From Octopus vulgaris (Eukaryota): a stretch of 64,000 nt of DNA. Below, piece by piece: positions 13,034 to 27,328 of this stretch. Under the pieces are notes generated by a model that was given only the letters and a program-made list of their open reading frames with translations, did no database searches and was not told where the DNA came from. Both the position numbers and the translations under genes were made by a program. The stretch spans positions 7,874,001-7,938,000 of the forward strand of contig OX597835.1 of assembly GCA_951406725.2 (NCBI GenBank). The letters are read 5' to 3'. How positions within the stretch are numbered: the stretch's first letter is position 1; each line of letters starts with the position of its first letter.

Positions 13034-13653
13034 CTGTAGAAAGCATACAGGAATAAGCGTATGGCTAAACAGTCTATCAATCACAGAGTAATTAAATTTC
13101 CTAAAACGTTTTCGTCTAAGTGAAACACTTTCTCTCAGCAGGTTGTCCACAATAATGTATGGATAAATATGGTAAACGTCGGTGATATAATTTCAGAGCA
13201 TTGATAAGCGGCTCTGGTGAATTCAATACATTACATAAATTATGATACTTTGTGTCTGGTCGAAAGAAATCAATATTTAGGAAATATCATGATCATGCGA
13301 GATGACAAAACCATTAGTAGAACAGAATACATTTAGTGATATTCCGCTGCAGAATTCTATTTTGTGAACTCGAATCCCATTGATGTTGATTTGGTCTTTC
13401 AACCCTTCCAAAGTTTATGCAAAACTAACAGCCGTTTAGTACCAGGACAAATATTATGCTAACGAACCTGTGAACAAAGGTTATACATGGAAGGTGACCA
13501 TCAAGTCTCTTTTTATATTAATGGCTACCGCATCCAGTCGTATTATTGCATATATAAAATAGTTTTGTGTGTTTGGTGGTACATGGCTGCGATTCCAAGA
13601 TTTACATGTTCCAGTTTATTGGTGTTACCTTCTCCGTTCAATTAGATTCGTAA

Positions 13654-15192
13654 TTATACCAGTTTCCCGTGATATTAACCACTTTAAGATCTAAGAGGTA
13701 CCTCAGACAGGACAAGTACCTTTCCTTAAATTCACAATAACAAACTGTCATGGTAGTTATATCAGTTTCCCGTGACATTAACCACTTTAAGATCTAAGAG
13801 GTACCTCAGACAGGACAAGTACCTTTTCTTAAATTCACAATAACAAACTGTCATGGTAGTTATATCAGTTTCCCGTGACATTAACCACTTTAAGATCTAA
13901 GAGGTACCTCAGACAGGACAAGTACCTTTTCTTAAATTCACAATAACAAACTGTCATGGTAGTTATACCAGTTTCCCGTGATATTAACCACTTTAAGATC
14001 TAAGAGGTACCTCAGACAGGACAAGTACCTTTTCTTAAATTCACAATAACAAACTGTCATGGTAGTTATATCAGTTTCCCGTGACATTAACCACTTTAAG
14101 ATCTAAGAGGTACCTCAGACAGGACAAGTACCTTTTCTTAAATTCACAATAACAAACTGTCATGGTAGTTATATCAGTTTCCCGTGACATTAACCACTTT
14201 AAGATCTAAGAGGTACCTCAGACAGGACAAGTACCTTTTCTTAAATTCACAATAACAAACTGTCATGGTAGTTATACCAGTTTCCCGTGATATTAACCAC
14301 TTTAAGATCTAAGAGGTACCTCAGACAGGACAAGTACCTTTTCTTAAATTCACAATAACAAACTGTCATGGTAGTTATACCAGTTTCCCGTGACATTAAC
14401 CACTTTAAGATCTAAGAGGTACCTCAGACAGGACAAGTACCTTTTCTTAAATTCACAATAACAAACTGTCATGGTAGTTATACCAGTTTCCCGTGACATT
14501 AACCACTTTAAGATCTAAGAGGTACCTCAGACAGGACAAGTACCTTTTCTTAAATTCACAATAACAAACTGTCATGGTAGTTATACCAGTTTCCCGTGAC
14601 ATTAACCACTTTAAGATCTAAGAGGTACCTCAGACAGGATAAGTACCTTTTCTTAAATTCACAATAACAAACTGTCATGGTAGTTATACCAGTTTCCCGT
14701 GACATTAACCACTTTAAGATCTAAGAGGTACCTCAGACAGGACAAGTACCTTTCCTTAAATTCACAATAACAAACTGTCATGGCAGTTATATCAGTTTCC
14801 CGTAACATTAACCACTATAAGATCTAAGAGGTACCTTAGACAGGACAAGTACCTTATCTTAAATTCACAATAACAAACTGTCATGGCAGTTATATCAGTT
14901 TCCCGTAACATTAACCACTATAAGATCTAAGAGGTACCTTAGACAGGACAAGTACCTTTTCTTAAATTCACAATAACAAACTGTCATGGTAGTTATATCA
15001 GTTTCCCGTAACATTAACCACTATAAGATCTAAGAGGTACCTTAGACAGGACAAGTACCTTTTCTTAAATTCACAATAACAAACTGTCATGGCAGTTATA
15101 TCAGTTTCCCGTGACATTAACCATTTTAAGATCTAAGAGGTACCTTAGACAGGACAAGTACCTTTTCTTAAATTCACAATAGCAAGCTGTCA
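13654..15192. repeat. Tandem array of ~15 copies of a 103-bp unit
   Basis: gtttcccgt recurs at 13662, 13765 ... 15001, 15104 (exact 103-bp period). Units differ by only a few substitutions and there are no spacers. Confidence 0.97.
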
Positions 15193-15408
15193 CCCGAAAA
15201 AGCATTCGTCAGTTCTACAATACACTTTTCGACCAAAGGCGAGAGTGTATACGTGGTCGCTGGATCTGCTGGAAATAGCAGTCAGATATATATCACATCT
15301 CACTCTGTTTTCTGATACATGAAGAACACATTTCTTAATATTGTTCAGGGTAGTATTATGCCAAGAAAATGTGAACCCAGGCGTCATGAAAAAATAGATT
15401 TGATCCTA

Positions 15409-16608
15409 TTTTGTTGGGTCCTATGTTTTGCAATTTTTTGGCAACTTACTTGCTTTATTTGCCAAGTTACAGCAAAAGCAGCCAAGCATTCCAAGTAGAA
15501 GCCATGGTGTTGCATCGTCTGAAGCAACGTTTCTATCAGTTCCTTGATTCCACAAGGGTACTTGTTCTTGTCTTTCGAAGTCCAGACTATATGGTTGATG
15601 AGGCATCAGCTCGATTCCTTCAAGTTCCTGAAATTTATTCCGGGTCGTTCGAGCGGTATGAGGTCTTGTGTTATCTTGTTGTAGAAAGAACTCTGTTGAC
15701 CAATGCCAGGAAGTTTTGCTGCACAGTGATATACATCCGCTTCAGTTATTCGGAATATAGCGTGGCATCGATGGTTCGACCGTAGTGAATTATTCCCTCA
15801 CAATTCCACCAGATGCTGAGCCTTACACTGTCTTCGAAACACCTTTATTTAACGACAGGAGCTTGCTTAACTACTGCTTTATATACCTTAGTATTGCAGT
15901 AAAATATCTCCATCAGATTATTACTTATTCCGATCCATGGCTCACTTCATGCGCTCCTGAAGATCCATCAACCCAGAGAAGGTGGAAAATTCAATGAAGG
16001 AGTTCTTCCCATCGAAGGAAAAGAATTGGTATCAGTTTGGCGGCGAGCTGGCAGAAACGTTAGCACTCCGGGCGAAATGCTTAGCGGTATTTCGTCTGCC
16101 GTTACGTTCTGAGTTCAAATTCCGCCGAGGTCGACTTTGCCTTTCATCCTTTCGGGGTCGATAAATTAAGTACCAGTTACGCACTGGGGTCGATGTAATC
16201 GACTTAATACCTATGTCCGTCCTTGTTTGTCCCCTCTATGTTTAGCCCCTTGTGGGTAATAAAGAAATAGGTATTTCGTCTGCCGCTACGTTCTGAGTTC
16301 AAATTCCGCCGAGGTTGACTTTGCCTTTCATCCTTTTGGGGTCGATAAATTAAGTACCAGTTACGCACTGGGGTCGATGTAATCGACTTAATACCTATGT
16401 CTGTCCTTGTTTATCTGCTCTGTGTTTAGCCCCTTGTGGGTAATAAAGAAATAGGTATCAGTGTGGGATCAAAGAAATGGTAGAAAAGGTGACTTCAGAC
16501 GGTGCAACACGATGGCCTCTACTGTGAATGCCAGGCTGCTTCTAGTGTCATTCGATCACTAAAGCCAATAAGTTACCAAAATATATCAAAACGTTTAACT
16601 CAGCACAA
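15409..16608. mobile_element. Mariner (DD34D) composite made of two inverted right-end fragments, with a SINE insertion
   Basis: Minus strand: SIWWNCEGIIHY...LQQDNTRPHTARTTRNKFQELEGIELMPHQPYS. Plus strand: SPSDYYLFRSMAHF...KEFFPSKEKNWYQ|CGIKE. Related inverted termini flanked by TA. Confidence 0.75.
16039..16453 (+). mobile_element. SINE family A, tandem dimer
   Basis: One head plus two body units, junction aaagaaatag|gtatttcgtctg, TSD ggtatcagt. Confidence 0.92.
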
Positions 16609-17293
16609 TATATCTACTTTATTAGGATCGACTCGAGGCTAAAGCAACAACAGCAACAGCAACAACAACAACAGGTCTGTAAAACTATATTAGAATCCAG
16701 TCACATTACTTCAAAGTAACTCTTTGCCACGGGATGGGGTGAGATACGAAGCTCAACGTTGAGAAGGGCTCAAAAAAGTATCAGAGACAGGGTACGAACC
16801 GTCAAGCTGTCCACTCTATCTCTCACTCTCTCTCCCTCTCTCTTTCTTTGTTTCTTTCTTTCTCTCTCTCTCTCTCTCTCTCTCTCACTCACACACACGC
16901 ACACACATAAGAAAATATGTATGGAAAATAACTTTGGTCATAGTTCTGCTCAATTATGGTTGATCGGGCTCTAACACTAGAAAGACCCAGTGAGTCAACA
17001 GTGTCCTACATAGCTTGTTCTTCATTTATCACCAAGGTGATGGTAGGAAGACTGCCATACAATCACTGCTTTGTTGTGTGTGGGTTGCTTCACCCAGAAT
17101 CCAACTGTTCAGCGAGAAATTACAGACAAATGATGAACGAGATTTGGAATAAGAAGCCGAATTGCTTGGAGCGTTTCACATAGCTGTAATCTCAGTGAGT
17201 GCAACAAGTAAAAGAGTACATGTGCGCGCATGAGTGTGTGTGTGCGTGTGTGTGTGTATACGTGTATGTATGTATGTATGTGTGCGTGTGAGA

Positions 17294-17335
<42 letters not shown>

Positions 17336-17730
17336 GGGAGACAGAAAGAGAGAGATTACACTTGAATTCTCAAGTGTTGGTTTTGAAATGTAACGGAAAG
17401 TACACCATGTTGAAGAAACAGTCGAAGCAGAATACTTTGGCATTGGAGAGATCGTTGTCGCAGGAAATTCATTACCATTCTCTTTGTATCTGGCGGAAGC
17501 CTAGCGATTCTTTGGTTGCATTCCATATTTGTCTGGTGTGGCAAGAAACAGTAATGTTGGTATAATGTTAATTAAAGATTGCAGATGGCTCCGGAAAATG
17601 AATAAATGGAAGAGGAGGAAATTATGGAAAGGAGAAAGAAAGGAAGAAAGGAGGAGAGAAAGAAAGAGTGAAAGGGTAAAATAGCTGTTACCACAATAGT
17701 AGTGATTGAACTTGTGTGTTGCTTTAGGGT

Positions 17731-17767
<37 letters not shown>

Positions 17768-18084
17768 GGGTATAAAAAGTATGTATAAGGTAGAAACTAC
17801 CAAAAACCATTCAATCTCAAAGATAACGCGTTTGGATATCATTATTTTACATTTGGTATTTATAAAGCGAATATACATATATACATAAATTTTGTTTTTG
17901 GAGGGGGGGGTATAATCGATTACATCGGCGTCAACCTTTAAAGCCTTGTGAGTGGATTTGCTAAACGGAAACTGAAAGAAGACCGCCGTATATATGTATA
18001 TATATATGTGTGTGTATATGTTTGTGTGTCTGTGCTTGTCCCCAACATCGCTTGACAACCGATGCTGGTGAGTTTATGCCAATA

Positions 18085-18391
18085 GGCATAGGTGTGGCTG
18101 TGTGGTAAGTAGCTTCCTTATGAACCACATGGTTCTGGGTTCAGTCCCACTGCGTAGTACCTTGGGCAAGTGTCTGAGGTCGACTTTGCCTTTCATCCTT
18201 TCGGGGTCGATAAAATGAGTACCAGTTACGCACTGGAGTCGATGTAATCGACTTAATCCATCTGTCTGTCTTTGTTTGTCCACTCTGTGTTTAGCCCCTT
18301 GTGGGTAGTAAAAAAATATACTATAGCCTCGGGCCGACCAAAGCCTTGTGAGTAGATTTGGTAGATGGAAACTGAAAAAAAGCCTGTCGTG

Positions 18392-18479
<88 letters not shown>

Positions 18480-18633
18480 GTTGTGCGTCTGTGTTTGTCC
18501 CCCAACATCACACGACAACCGAATAAGTACTCGGCTTACAAAGAATAAGTCCTGGGGTCGATTTTCTCGATTAAAGGCGGTGCTCCAGCATGGCCACGGT
18601 CAAATGGTTGAAACAAGTAAAAGAGTAAAAGAG
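18085..18633 (+). mobile_element. tRNA-derived SINE family C (CORE-like) containing a nested family A fragment at 18176-18320
   Basis: Colinear with the 45794-46233 copy apart from the insert after accttgggcaagtgtct. Internal (TA)n(TG)n and (AAAGAGT) tail. Confidence 0.88.
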
Positions 18634-19027
18634 CAAAATAAGGATTATTATTTTTATTATACATCCTTTATCATGCGGAACCCCAGAAATTTCTCACGGA
18701 CGACTGCGCTTCATCGTAAGACACCTACCAGGTGTTTATTCGCTTCTATTAATCATGTAATGCAGAACCTAACTGCTGAACACAACTTCGCTGAATATTA
18801 AGAAATAATCGATACACATATATTAACATATCCAAAATTTTCACCTCTATATACAAAAGACGTCGAATCATTCGATACTCTAGTTTTAAATTATTGATCT
18901 TTTTTGCCAAGCCAAGCCACTCTGACTTTTACAAAAGCATCAGTAAGAAAATATATTGAAAACATTTCGACGAAGATTCAAAACCATAAAGCAGGATTAG
19001 TTCTGAAGATTTAAAAAAATTATTTTA

Positions 19028-19418
19028 CTAGCAGTATCGCCTGACGTTGCTCGGGTTTGTTTCGACCCTTTAGAATGGGAATTTTTGAAAAGTAACAATT
19101 TTGCATTATGTAGTTTGTTATTCTCTTTAAATGAACATTTTCCTGGTTGAAATACACCGAAAAATGGCGACACAGCAGTCAAAAAATCGTAAAAAATAGG
19201 GATTTTCATAGAAAAAAAAGCACCTTTGTGATGTAAATAATTTTTGGTGTTAATATGGTCCAATTTGAATTTTTTCTTCTACGGAATGAAGAGCAAGCCT
19301 TCTTCTATCATACGCTCAATTTTGGTCAACTTGCGCCGCGGGGTCTCGGAGGAGATAGTGTTAGTTGAAGGCTACCAAACCTGCCATACACAGACAACTT
19401 CAGCTTTATATATATAGA
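19028..19418 (-). mobile_element. Non-autonomous Helitron
   Basis: Minus strand A|TCTATATATATAAAG ... cccgagcaacgtcaggcgatactgCTAG|T. Confidence 0.85.
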
Positions 19419-19578
19419 TTACATCATTCTGAACAGAAGCATCGCTGTCGCTACATTTTTCTCCAATCATTATGTTTCATCTTCTGTGATTTTATGCATC
19501 TATTATGTGATTAAATGTTCGAGATGTAATATGTTGGGTGGATGACCTTATATCTGTTTGTTCTGCAACCAAAGTTTA

Positions 19579-19693
<115 letters not shown>

Positions 19694-20097
19694 ATGTTCT
19701 TACCTTATTTATGACTGAAAAATGTAAGTTGAGGGAGATTTAACAGCTATCTCTATAAGTTTGAGTCCTCGGTTAGACGAAGCAACTCTATTTGCAGAGA
19801 TGATGTCTATTTTGTTTCTCTGTTTAGTGTAATTACGATGGCAGGACATTCTTATGAACTTGAGAGGTTTAGACATCGGATGTGCGATGTAGTTAATTAA
19901 GTGAAGTTAATCAATTGACATTAATTATCGTAGGACAAAGGCCGAAATCCCAGTAACTTATCGACATTCAACGTAGAGTCGCGTAAATTAATTTTGGTAC
20001 TTTTGTGAGCTAAATAAGTATCGGTTTAGTTTGACAAAGCACTAATTAATTATAGATTTTATTAGGCTTATTAGGAATAGAAAATTATGTTCCTTCA

Positions 20098-20136
<39 letters not shown>

Positions 20137-20844
20137 TTAACAAACTAACTAACTAACTAACTAGTGAATTAATTAATTAATTAACTAAACTAACTGACTA
20201 AGTGAATAAATATATAGATACATAAAGAAATGATTGATATTGATCCACTGATGGAACGTGTACATGCTCAATCAATCAGGTAGGAATGGTAGCAACATCT
20301 CCCTCAAATCGCACTCCATTGCTTCAAACAAATGCACATTATGACATGCGCAGAAAGCGAGACCAAACGAAAACATCAACAAATAGTGATTTTCTTTTAG
20401 AGAATGGTATATCCCATGAATAGAACTCAATTCCATATTTATAAGGGAAAGCCAATCAATTATTTTTAATCGATATGTGAAAAAGATCAATAATAAATCA
20501 CTGAGGACAATTTACTCCAGAGTTTATGATAATTGCTTCGTTCATGTGTAAGCATTTAGACAGACAGATATGTACAGACATACAGACAGAAACATGCCCG
20601 CGGGCGCGCACAAACAAAAAAATGCATAAGTGTGTAAGGAATACAATTTTAACGTCAGCATTACCATGATTCACAGAATGGCCAGCTAACCTTATTGAAA
20701 ACGAACCTCGGCATCTCTTTACTCAAACCTCCATTGAATGAAACCATCATTAAATATCATGAAGAGGGAAAAATGAAGAATTTGTTAAAAAGACATGGTT
20801 TGAGTGAGAAAATATTTTCTACTCCAGGTACAAGGCTTGAAATT

Positions 20845-21380
20845 TTTAGATCGACCCCACCCAGTATGCAACTGGTACTTAATTTATCGACCCCGAAAAG
20901 ATAAAAGGCAAAGTCGACCTCGGTGGAATTCGAACTCAGAACATAACGGCAGACGAAATACCTATTTCTTTACTACCCACAAGGGGCTAAACGCAGACGA
21001 GACAAACAAGGACAGACAGACGGATTAAGTTGATTATATCGACCCCAGTGCGTAACTGGTATTTAATTTATCGACCCCGAAAGGATGAAAGGCAAAGTCG
21101 ACCTCGGCGGAATTCGAACTCAGAACGTAATGGCAGACGAAATACTTATTTCTTTACTACCCATAAGGGGCTAAACGCAGAGGAGACAAACAAGGACAGA
21201 CAGACGGATTAAGTTGATTATATCGACACCAGTGCGTAACTGGTACTTAATTTATCGACCCCGAAAGGATGAAAGGCACAGTCGACCTCGGCGGAATTTG
21301 AACTCAGAACGTAGCGGCAGACGAAATACCGCTATGCGTTTCGCCCGGCGTGCAAACAATTCTACCAATTCACCACCTTT
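20845..21380 (-). mobile_element. SINE family A, tandem multimer (~184-bp period, 3 units)
   Basis: Three successive body units with the same tail-to-body junction as 16039 and 57654. Confidence 0.9.
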
Positions 21381-21970
21381 GAGTGAGAAAATATTATATT
21401 AAGAATAATACAAGCTGAACCAGGAGAGATGCATGATATAGCTTTATCCCCACCACGATTTTCAACAGATTCGCTACAATAGCTATACATTGTCTAACCC
21501 TTTAAGTCAAATATTTTGCCATTTACAAATAACTTAATAGGAATAACACAAACGTTTTAAAGGAAACATTAAGCTGTGCTTGTTTGGATAGCAGTCTGGA
21601 TAGTATAACTTGTCACAGCTTACATTACAATGCATGACAGGCACTCGGCCATCGGCATCCCAATAATCCGTTTACAACTTTCAACGTAATTTACAACCAA
21701 CACTCACAAGAAGTTACATAAAGTTAAAGTTAATTCCAATCCTTCGTTTTAGTTCGTATGGAAATTATTGGAGAGCGATGTGGAATAACATCGAAGGCAG
21801 TTGACACGCGACTCCAAAACATTAAAAGAACAAAAAGACGCTCTTGTTTATTCTAGCAAAAAATTGTTTACTTTAGCAAAAATTCTTGGGTTATTTTATT
21901 TTTTTACTTTCGTCCATAGCAATAATTTGGTGTCCTGTTGCAATGAATTATCTCCTTATATCAACATCTA

Positions 21971-22218
21971 GGCGGCGAGCTGGGTAAGGCGGCGAGCTGG
22001 CAGAAACGTTAGCACGCCGGGCGACCTGCGTAGCTGTATTTCGTCTGTCGTTACGTTCCGAGTTCAAATTCCGCCGAGGTCAACTTTGCCTTTCATCCTT
22101 TCGGGGTCGATAAATTAAGTACCAGTTACGCACTGAGGTCGATGTAATCGACTTAATCCCTTTGTCTGTCCTTGTTTGTCCCCTCTGTGTTTAGCCCCTT
22201 GTGGGTAGTAAAGAAATA
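21971..22218 (+). mobile_element. SINE family A with duplicated 5' tip
   Basis: ggcggcgagctgg occurs twice. TSD tatatcaacatcta. Confidence 0.92.
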
Positions 22219-22692
22219 TATATCAACATCTAACGCTACAACATGTTGCAGTGACCAGCTACTGATCAATGAAAACCAGCACACCTGTATTCTTTATGAA
22301 GCAATGTCATACACCTCGAATCTTTTTTGTGTGCCTAATATATTCTTAAACACACGAAAGTAATTCTATTCGCTGCGTTATTACTTTACTTACAGTTGCT
22401 CCACTGTCAACCACATAACGTTATGAAAATGAAGTCGTATTATACGTAATTATGTGTTCATTTTCCGGAAGTAGATTTTCACTACGTAGCTTCCGGATTA
22501 TGAAAGACAAAAGTAATCGATACCTCAGGATCCTTAAGCAGGACCAAAACTAGTCGATGTAGCTTCATTTGTATCTGCCAAAATGCCTTGTTTAATAGCA
22601 GGAAGTAATTTTCCCCCGAGATTGATATGTCTGGTAGATATATATACACGTGACTTTCTTTTACACAATACTTAATAATATCTATCTCTGCG

Positions 22693-22740
<48 letters not shown>

Positions 22741-23399
22741 GTGTGTGTGTGTGTGTTTGTGTGTGTGTACAAGAACATCAGTGGTATTCTGAATCTTTAA
22801 AAATGCTAAAACAGTTTCAGTTTTTTGGAATAGAAAATTCTTTCCCTTTCCTGTCAACTTCATTTGACCCCTTTTGATACTCCTCCTCTTATGTCCGTTG
22901 GTCCCCTTAATTTAAAGAATATCACAGAATGTATCATCACTCTCTGTCTCTGTCTCTTTTAACCTTTCTTTAGTCTAGACATTTCTAAAAATAATCTAAG
23001 TTCATTGGCCATTATTATATTGCGAATATTTACAATTTTCATAAATATAACATTATAAGTAAATGGTTATGTGCTAAAAAAACGGAATTCATAATTATTG
23101 TATATATTACTTTAGCTTAGATTTGAGGGAAAAATCAATACAATCACGTAACATATTCTATTAGAGTGACATACCATTATGAGCAGAATCTGATATACAG
23201 AAAAATAGTATATCATATCATAATATTTAGAAATACATTTATGGAGATTAGCTATAAAAATATCTGTGCGGAATTTGAGGATTAAATAGCCTAGGTATAA
23301 TGCACAAAGACCAAAACAATTAAGACGAAGAAAAGATTTTTAAAAAGAAGACACAAAATTTTAATTCAAGTAGATTTCTGAAAATCAAGAAAAATGAAA

Positions 23400-23920
23400 T
23401 TTCTAGTCAAATCATGACAAAGAAATTTTCAACTTGAAGTTAATCAATAAAAATTAATGTATGTTACTATGGTTTACCACAATAGCATTTCAATTTAATA
23501 TGTGCACTATTTAGAGGACGTAAGTGTAGAAGAAGCGTAGACAGTCAATAATACTCAAAGGAATTTGAAGTTCGAAGCAGAGTGCAGCGTGGAGGTTTTC
23601 TATCGCTTGTTTTTTTTTTGTTTTTATTTTGAATGCTAGTTTATTAAATTATTTCATGAGGGAAACAATTGGAGAGGAAGGAAAAGGAATTAAAAAGATT
23701 CCTGGAAAGTCTATGATAGATGTGGATCATACTGATAACATGGGGATGTTGTAGCTAGTGATGAAATGTTAGAAATTAAAATGAATAGCAAGCTTGATTA
23801 CCATGTGAAGGTGTGGTCTTTAAGAAAAACATTGATAAAAGTAAAATCATAGAAACAGAACATTCGGATAAAGCAAGAAGTGTGAAACTGAATGGCCACA
23901 TACTAGAAGAGATAAAACAC
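23400..23920 (+). pseudogene. Highly decayed LINE reverse-transcriptase remnant
   Basis: SKEFEVRSRVQRGGFLSL (degenerate GVRQG..LSP), DVDHTDNM (degenerate YADD region) and NIDKSKII occur in the expected order. Confidence 0.4.
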
Positions 23921-24479
23921 GCTCGTGGGCCATTTTATGGGCCATGGTGAAATATCTGATAATTCTACATTATTCTAGTGTTTGTTTGTACAAACGTAAA
24001 CAGGAAAACAGAGAAATAGTTCTCTTTCGTACATAATTGATGAGGTTTATTATTTTGGGAAACTAAAATTGTATAAAACAATACAAGTTTTGTGTAATGA
24101 ATATTTTATATAGCACAACTAACAATTATCTCTCACAAATTTTGAAAGTTCAAGCAATTAATTTTGTTCTTTGGAACTCATTTTTGGGGAATGACGAAAA
24201 CGTATTAACATTTTAAGATTGTAAATGTAATTCCAAGCCCAACAAGTTTCCTAACATAAGAACATTCTTTAAGTAGTACTTATGATAATTATGATCTAAA
24301 CGCATCACAGAACATTTTCCAAATTACTGATTTACTTAAAACGTCTTGGGCCATTAATAAATCTTCTTTAAATCAGATTTTAAACTTAAATGTTCTACTT
24401 TCTTGTCTGGGAAAACGATTTCCAAATAAAACTACATGTAACGTCGCTTTCAAATTTGAAATACAAACTTGTAGGTTGA

Positions 24480-24545
24480 TTGCATAGATTAGAAATAAAA
24501 GAGGAGTTAGTACACAACCCTGCTGCACCCCAAAATCAAATATGT
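24480..24545 (-). pseudogene. LINE RT motif fragment
   Basis: FDFGVQQGCVLTPLLFLIY in ORF 24373-24615 matches the GVxQGCxLSPLLF motif. Confidence 0.55.
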
Positions 24546-25570
24546 TAAGAAATGTAATTAAGAAAAACGAAAAAAGAAACAAAACACAAAACCCAAATTG
24601 ACACGTATTATCCAAATAGCTTTGAAATCAATTCACTTATTTATTTACCACACACATATGTACGCGGTCTATCTGAAAAGTAACGGAACTGGGTGGACTG
24701 TGTGAGCTATGGGCTGGCTGAAGAGGGATAAGCGGATTACTACTTCACTCATTTTTTATATGTGAAATACTAATAAAATACTTTATTATTTTCGGGTTTG
24801 TGCATACCTTGAAACTCATTCAAAGTTGTCGAGCTTTAAATAAAAAATGAGACCATAAATTGCCATAATTTTATTTGCTCCCAGAAAATGTAGTGTTTTT
24901 AATTATTGATTTAAAACTTTGTTAGTAAAACCGTAAAATAATGTGACGATATCTCTTATTCAAAAAAGATTTTGAAGAACTTCTCGTTGCTTGAAATTAT
25001 TGCACTTAGAAAGAAAAAATATATGTATAAAAGTTCTCATATTCTACCTTTTATTTTATTTATTTATTTATTTATTTTGGTTATCCAATAAGTTATCAAA
25101 AAATTAGTCAGTTATGCAATCGTAAGGAGAATTTATTATAATATTTTATAATATATTATTATATATATATATAATTATAATATTATATATACATAATTAT
25201 AATATATTATTTCTCATTGCCTGAAAATAAAAGAAAAAAATTCCGTTGATTTCTCTCTGTCACAGAGAATTAACTAATTATCATCGGAAATTGATACCGC
25301 TGTTTATTATTGTTTTGGTTTTTTCGCAACTTAAAAGTAGTTTAATAGATTTCCATTACATAATAATATCTAATTTAAAATTCAAAGTATGTTTCAAGGC
25401 TAAAATATATGACTATGATTTATATATATGACTAAATTACAACAGATGATTGCATTTTCACTACTTGGTACAACTTTACACGTCATGGCAATAAATTGTG
25501 ACTTACGAAACATGAAACAGCGTCAGACCCGATCAATACACTTCAGAATAGTATGTCTGTCGATTAAACT

Positions 25571-25571
<1 letters not shown>

Positions 25572-25649
<78 letters not shown>

Positions 25650-25661
25650 GTCTATCTATCC

Positions 25662-25735
<74 letters not shown>

Positions 25736-25748
25736 ATCTATCTATCTA

Positions 25749-25812
<64 letters not shown>

Positions 25813-25844
25813 CCTCTATCTATCTATCTATCTATCTACTTCTC

Positions 25845-25910
<66 letters not shown>
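25572..25910. repeat. (CTAT)n microsatellite
   Basis: Direct reading. Confidence 0.95.
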
Positions 25911-25911
<1 letters not shown>

Positions 25912-26864
25912 GTGCGTGCGTGTATATGTATGTATATATATATACACACATATATACACACACACACACACATGTGTATCAGTTTATGAATTTGTGTTGT
26001 TAGATTCTTGATGTGAAACCGTGTGTTGAAACAGATATTGTTGTATTTCAAATAGTCATTTTTTTTTTGCCAAATAAACACACTCATTATATATTCGTTC
26101 CTTTGCCCGTAAATCTTTCGTCTTACACCTGAGATCTCTTCAGCGACACTTTTCGTCCAAGTATGTGCTCCTGCTCCGCTTAGTCCATTTTGTACTTCTA
26201 TTAGATAGAAATGATCAAATACAACACACACACACACACACAGATACTGAAATATAATAGTATATACATATTCAGTGAGTGTGTGTTAAGATAGTATTCG
26301 GTGTTTAGAAATGGAACTGATTGATTTAAGTCCAGTCAGCGAGAAGGAAAAATCAGTTGAAGAACAGCGGATTACTAGGTTATTATCCACACACACACAC
26401 ACAACGGTGTTTGATCGATGGATCGATATATCACCTGAGATAGAGCTTCTCAATCTCAAGTAGGAAATTTTTTCTCTACCAAACAGTAAAAAAAAAAAAA
26501 AAAAAAAACTTAATTGCTGATACTTTTCAGAAACAAAATAATCAATTTATTAGTGTCTGGTAATTGAATTGAAAAAAGCTGAGAGGTGATTAGTCTTTCA
26601 CCTGACATACAACGTTGTTCTGGCTCCGACTACTACTACTACTACTAATACTACTACTACTACTTGCAATTATAAGTATATTTCGTTTGTTTTATATTTT
26701 CTTCTTTGCCACAATGAGGTATCAGTTCAAAATTGTTTTCACATTCAAAAATATTGAAGAATGTAGATAAAATCCTTGTAAAGTCGTACAAATTATACTA
26801 CATAACATTACACACACATACACACACTCACACATGCACAAAAACTCTCTCTCACACGCATACA

Positions 26865-26916
<52 letters not shown>

Positions 26917-27033
26917 GATTCATATGAATATGGAACTTATGTTGAGACACCAGAATTTAGTACGGTATTATCCATACAATTACAAAGTAAAGTGATTAAA
27001 ATCAAAATAAGCAACAAGGATATCTAGAGGTAA

Positions 27034-27120
27034 TGCAGTACGATCGTTTCATGCAACTCCATTTAATTGAACAATGCAATCTTTGCATCAATTTAAAATG
27101 CAGAGCAATCTTCAGTTGCA
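27034..27120 (-). ncRNA. Type I hammerhead motif with long stem II (Penelope-type element ~26913-27315)
   Basis: Minus strand tgcaa-CTGAAGA-[long imperfect hairpin]-GAAA-cgatc-GTA-ctgca. Palindromic stem III acgatcgt. Stem-closing pairs are imperfect. Confidence 0.6.
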
Positions 27121-27328
27121 CAAAGACATAGAATTTACTTAAATTGGAACAGATGGACACATTAGTATAATTATACCTAAAATCTCCATGAAGTTAAGGC
27201 GACAGACAAAGAGTATGCTGTTTCACCCCAGCATAGAATTTACTAAGTTTTCAAGAAGATATACATTGTTACAGATTCTGCATGACATCATCGATGGTCT
27301 GCGCAGACCATGATACATATATATATAT

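Noticed and set aside
13654-15192. CRISPR array or coding repeat
   Set aside because: There are no unique spacers or cas genes, the context is eukaryotic, the 103-bp period is not a multiple of 3, and stops are present.
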